Shown piece by piece: positions 61,130 through 64,000 of a stretch of DNA of 64,000 nucleotides. The position numbers and the translations under genes are program-made. The stretch's first letter is position 1. Each line of letters begins with the position of its first letter. Source of the DNA: Candidatus Latescibacterota bacterium (lineage in GTDB: Bacteria; Latescibacterota; UBA2968; SICM01); contig CBDCJO010000002.1 in NCBI GenBank assembly GCA_965217865.1, positions 2,304,001-2,368,000 of the forward strand. The letters run 5' to 3'. The notes below the pieces were generated by a model. The model saw only the letters and a program-made list of their open reading frames with translations, was not told the DNA's origin and made no database searches.

Positions 61130-63688
61130 CTATACATTTTCCTTTCCCGGCAGAAAATCCCCGATCAAATCCAGACACTCAATGACGTTCAGGCTCCACT
61201 GAGCCGCAACGTTTGTAAACCCCACGTCCCTTTCCAGCAACATAAAATCCGGAACAACCCCCCCGGTGTTCTCATCCTTTGCCTCCCGAAAATAGATTTC
61301 GTCTCTCAGAAGGGTCTCCCAGGCCAGCCGGGCAAGATCCGGATCCCCTTTTCGAAGAGCGGCGTATGCGATCACCCTCGCCGCAAAGATCGTTATTTCC
61401 TGCCCCCGGTGGGTCGCCATCCCGTTTGGGACAAGCTTTTTCCGTTCCTCCGGATCCATAGCCCACAGTTCGCCGTACCCCCCCAGTGCATCTGCCCATT
61501 CTTTGAGGTCCAGGAGCTGGGCCATCTCCATCCAGATCTCCGGAGCGCCGAATGGCAGCATCATATGATAGGAGTAAGGTTCCTGGTCTTCGATGAAGGA
61601 CATCTCTCCGCTTTCCGGTTCAAACATGAAAAGGGGACCTGCGATCAGAGCGGGTTTACGGGCGAGTATACCTTCGATACCCCGAAGCATCTTGTCCCGG
61701 TATCGCGGGTCTCCCGTCCTTTCCCAGGCGGTCACCCAGTTCCAGCAGAAACAACCCCACCAGGGCGCGGACTGCACCTGGTGCGGTTGGGTTGGCCAGG
61801 CGTCGCACGTCTCCGTCAGAATCTCCCCGGTCCGCTCGTCGCCCGTCATGAAGTAGTAGAAACGGCGATTTCCTGCCATGCTGATCCGGGGCTCGATACA
61901 CGCACAACCCCAGTGGATCACGTTGTGTCGGCCTCCGAGCCCGGCATGTTGGCCCAGATGGTAGATGTCAACCTCGCTCGTATGCCGCGTCATCGCCTCG
62001 GAGAGTCGGAACACATCCGCCCGGCCGGTCCTCAGGAACGAGTACCAGAGCCAGATGTCCGTGGAGCACTCCGTGTTGTCCCAGGCGTAGCCCCCCTCAT
62101 CGTAGCGCCACGTATGACGGTCCGGATCGTAGCTGTGCATGAAGTCCCCATAGTTCCAGAACCCGTACCAGTTCCTCCGATCCACCTCCTTCACGTAGTG
62201 TTCGAGCACCTCATCGAGCCGATCCTCCAGGTTGCGCGCGGTCGCCGTTTCACGGTTTGGAAGACTCCACACCCCGAAGACGCCCGTTTGTCGATAATAC
62301 TCCGGGTCACACACCGGAAGAACTGGCCGGGCGATGGACTTTGCCATGGCCGTGATGTCCCCCCTGCTCGGAGAACCGGTCAGAGTCCACAGGGTCAGCT
62401 CGCTGGTCCGGGCGATCCCGAATGGATTACTGCGCTCCGGGTTGAAAGGGCCAGACTCCCACTCCAGGCAGTTGTGACATTCATACATCGGTCCGTACAT
62501 CTGATCGGAGTAATGGCGCATGTCTGACGGTTCGGTTTCGGGAGGCCAGAGCCACGCCGTCACGACAGCCGGACGCTCCGGGTGACCCGCGTCTTCAATC
62601 GTAAACCCGGAGGGGTGCGACTGCCAGAAATCCCTGATTCCGATCCCGAGCCCTCCGGTCGAATCGCTGATCGCCGCCGTCCCCAGGGCTCGCCTCCCGT
62701 GATGCGCCTCGATCTGTGCGAACTCCGCTCCGCACCCCTTCCGAATCGCGAAATGATCGGCGCTATCCTGGACGAGTGAAAAGCGGTTCCAGACGGGCAT
62801 AGCCGCAACGCCCCCCGGCCGATTCAAATGCTCCCCTCCAATGTGTCTGGGTCGTTCAGGATTACGACCCATGTCGTGTGAGCGGGGCAACATCGGCGGC
62901 ACCAGGCGTACCGGTTCCGACCACACGCCTTCCTCGTCCCCTGAGAACCATACCCGGCGGTTGTGCGGTGCATCGCGCAGAGGAACCGCAAATCGGAGCC
63001 CCAGGCCCGCCAGGAAGTCGGTGTTTGCCTGGCCGTCGTACACGAACGTGTGGACCATGCGTACGGAGGAAATTCCTGCGTAGAAATACATGCGGAGGAC
63101 AAACGGCAAAAACGCCTCATCGTCCTCCAGGCGGCGATGGATCCCTTCCAGTCTGACCACGGCCCTCAGGGGTCCGGCGTGTTCAACCGTCCCCTTTTCT
63201 ATCATTCCCGTGAACTCAAGGCACTCCCTGACGGAATCCGTCCCACGTGATGTTCGACGTTCGCGTCTGCAGACCAGGCCCGCTCCCGCGCATACCTCGA
63301 GTTCTCTCACCGATATCGTTCTGAAGAGGTCCGTTCCGGCCTTGCCGATCTCGCACTTCAGCTCGCCCGTATCCACGCGGATCCGGTCGGGCGTCTCTTC
63401 GATCGTGAGGGAGACGGGATGCTCCCCCGGCATTCCTTTCTCCACGATCAACCGTCCGTTCGACGTGCCGTCCAGCACGGCTGCGAGCGCGGTCCACTTG
63501 ACGCTTCCGTCAGGCCAGTAGCCCAGCGGCCAGGACTGCACGGGCAGGTCCCTGCCCTCCCCGGTGCCTAGCCGCACGCTTTCTCCCTGGGCAAGACTTC
63601 CCTGTTCCCAGGGAACTCCCCAGGTTACTCCTGTTGGCACCTCGGGCGGATCTCCCTCCAGCCATTTCAATGCAATCGGGCTTTCCAT
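61130..63688 (-). CDS. YetA/PcRGLX (PL26) exo-rhamnogalacturonan lyase family protein
   Basis: TWGVPW, WPDGSVKW, WYGFWNYGDFMHSYD...WRYDEGGYAWDNTE, AMTRHTSEVD, RHNVIHWG. Confidence 0.88.
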   Translation of the reverse strand: MESPIALKWLEGDPPEVPTGVTWGVPWEQGSLAQGESVRLGTGEGRDLPVQSWPLGYWPDGSVKWTALAAVLDGTSNGRLIVEKGMPGEHPVSLTIEETPDRIRVDTGELKCEIGKAGTDLFRTISVRELEVCAGAGLVCRRERRTSRGTDSVRECLEFTGMIEKGTVEHAGPLRAVVRLEGIHRRLEDDEAFLPFVLRMYFYAGISSVRMVHTFVYDGQANTDFLAGLGLRFAVPLRDAPHNRRVWFSGDEEGVWSEPVRLVPPMLPRSHDMGRNPERPRHIGGEHLNRPGGVAAMPVWNRFSLVQDSADHFAIRKGCGAEFAQIEAHHGRRALGTAAISDSTGGLGIGIRDFWQSHPSGFTIEDAGHPERPAVVTAWLWPPETEPSDMRHYSDQMYGPMYECHNCLEWESGPFNPERSNPFGIARTSELTLWTLTGSPSRGDITAMAKSIARPVLPVCDPEYYRQTGVFGVWSLPNRETATARNLEDRLDEVLEHYVKEVDRRNWYGFWNYGDFMHSYDPDRHTWRYDEGGYAWDNTECSTDIWLWYSFLRTGRADVFRLSEAMTRHTSEVDIYHLGQHAGLGGRHNVIHWGCACIEPRISMAGNRRFYYFMTGDERTGEILTETCDAWPTQPHQVQSAPWWGCFCWNWVTAWERTGDPRYRDKMLRGIEGILARKPALIAGPLFMFEPESGEMSFIEDQEPYSYHMMLPFGAPEIWMEMAQLLDLKEWADALGGYGELWAMDPEERKKLVPNGMATHRGQEITIFAARVIAYAALRKGDPDLARLAWETLLRDEIYFREAKDENTGGVVPDFMLLERDVGFTNVAAQWSLNVIECLDLIGDFLPGKENV

Positions 63689-63807
63689 AAATGGATTTTT
63701 GACCTCCTGAATCAGTGTGGAATCCCCCGACTCGGTCGACGCCTTACCGATTGTGGTCGCTTCCCATCACTGAGCGGGTCCCCCCCCCTCGATTGTGGCG
63801 AAGCGTT

Positions 63808-64000
63808 TCACGGCGAATGAGCCCTCACGATCTCACGCGTTTCTCGGAGACTGTTTGCGTATCCTTCTCTCACCACATTCAGATCATTACCGCAATTCAA
63901 CCACCGCACCCCTCTCTTAACGACCTCCACCATCGCCTCACCCGGATTGACCGCCGTGCCCATGACCTTGCCGTTCGCTCGGCATGCCTCGCCCACTCGG
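63808..64000 (-). CDS. C-terminus of a probable HpcH/HpaI aldolase (truncated by the window edge)
   Basis: RVGEACRANGKVMG...RGVRWLNCGND. Confidence 0.65.
   Translation of the reverse strand, partial: RVGEACRANGKVMGTAVNPGEAMVEVVKRGVRWLNCGNDLNVVREGYANSLRETREIVRAHSP

Noticed and set aside
1-64000. tRNA, rRNA or prophage genes
   Set aside because: None recognised by eye; a covariance-model scan was not possible.

Overview
GC-rich bacterial chromosomal window, mostly on the minus strand and dominated by carbohydrate-catabolism genes: a PhyH dioxygenase pair, GH95-, GHL10-, GH20/84-, GH106- and PL26-like enzymes, deacetylases, a sulfatase and DHDPS-family aldolases. It also carries an orphan beta-class DNA methyltransferase, a cNMP-domain histidine kinase module and three IS elements whose ends can be read from the sequence (IS200 tnpA-only, IS1182/IS5-like, IS1380). 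Two things stand out. First, a tandem repertoire of seven close paralogs of an Asp-box (sialidase-like) beta-propeller, with fixed termini, hypervariable loops and no catalytic Tyr motif, split in two blocks by a ~12 kb decaying island. Second, about 18 intergenic spacers built as shuffled mosaics of 6-7 short-repeat words, always purine-rich on the mRNA strand and absent from the island. Many genes have single-base frameshifts, often in short homopolymers, so long-read consensus error is likely. The gene content resembles Latescibacterota/Poribacteria-type genomes (inference only). Family calls come from motif recognition by eye, not database searches.
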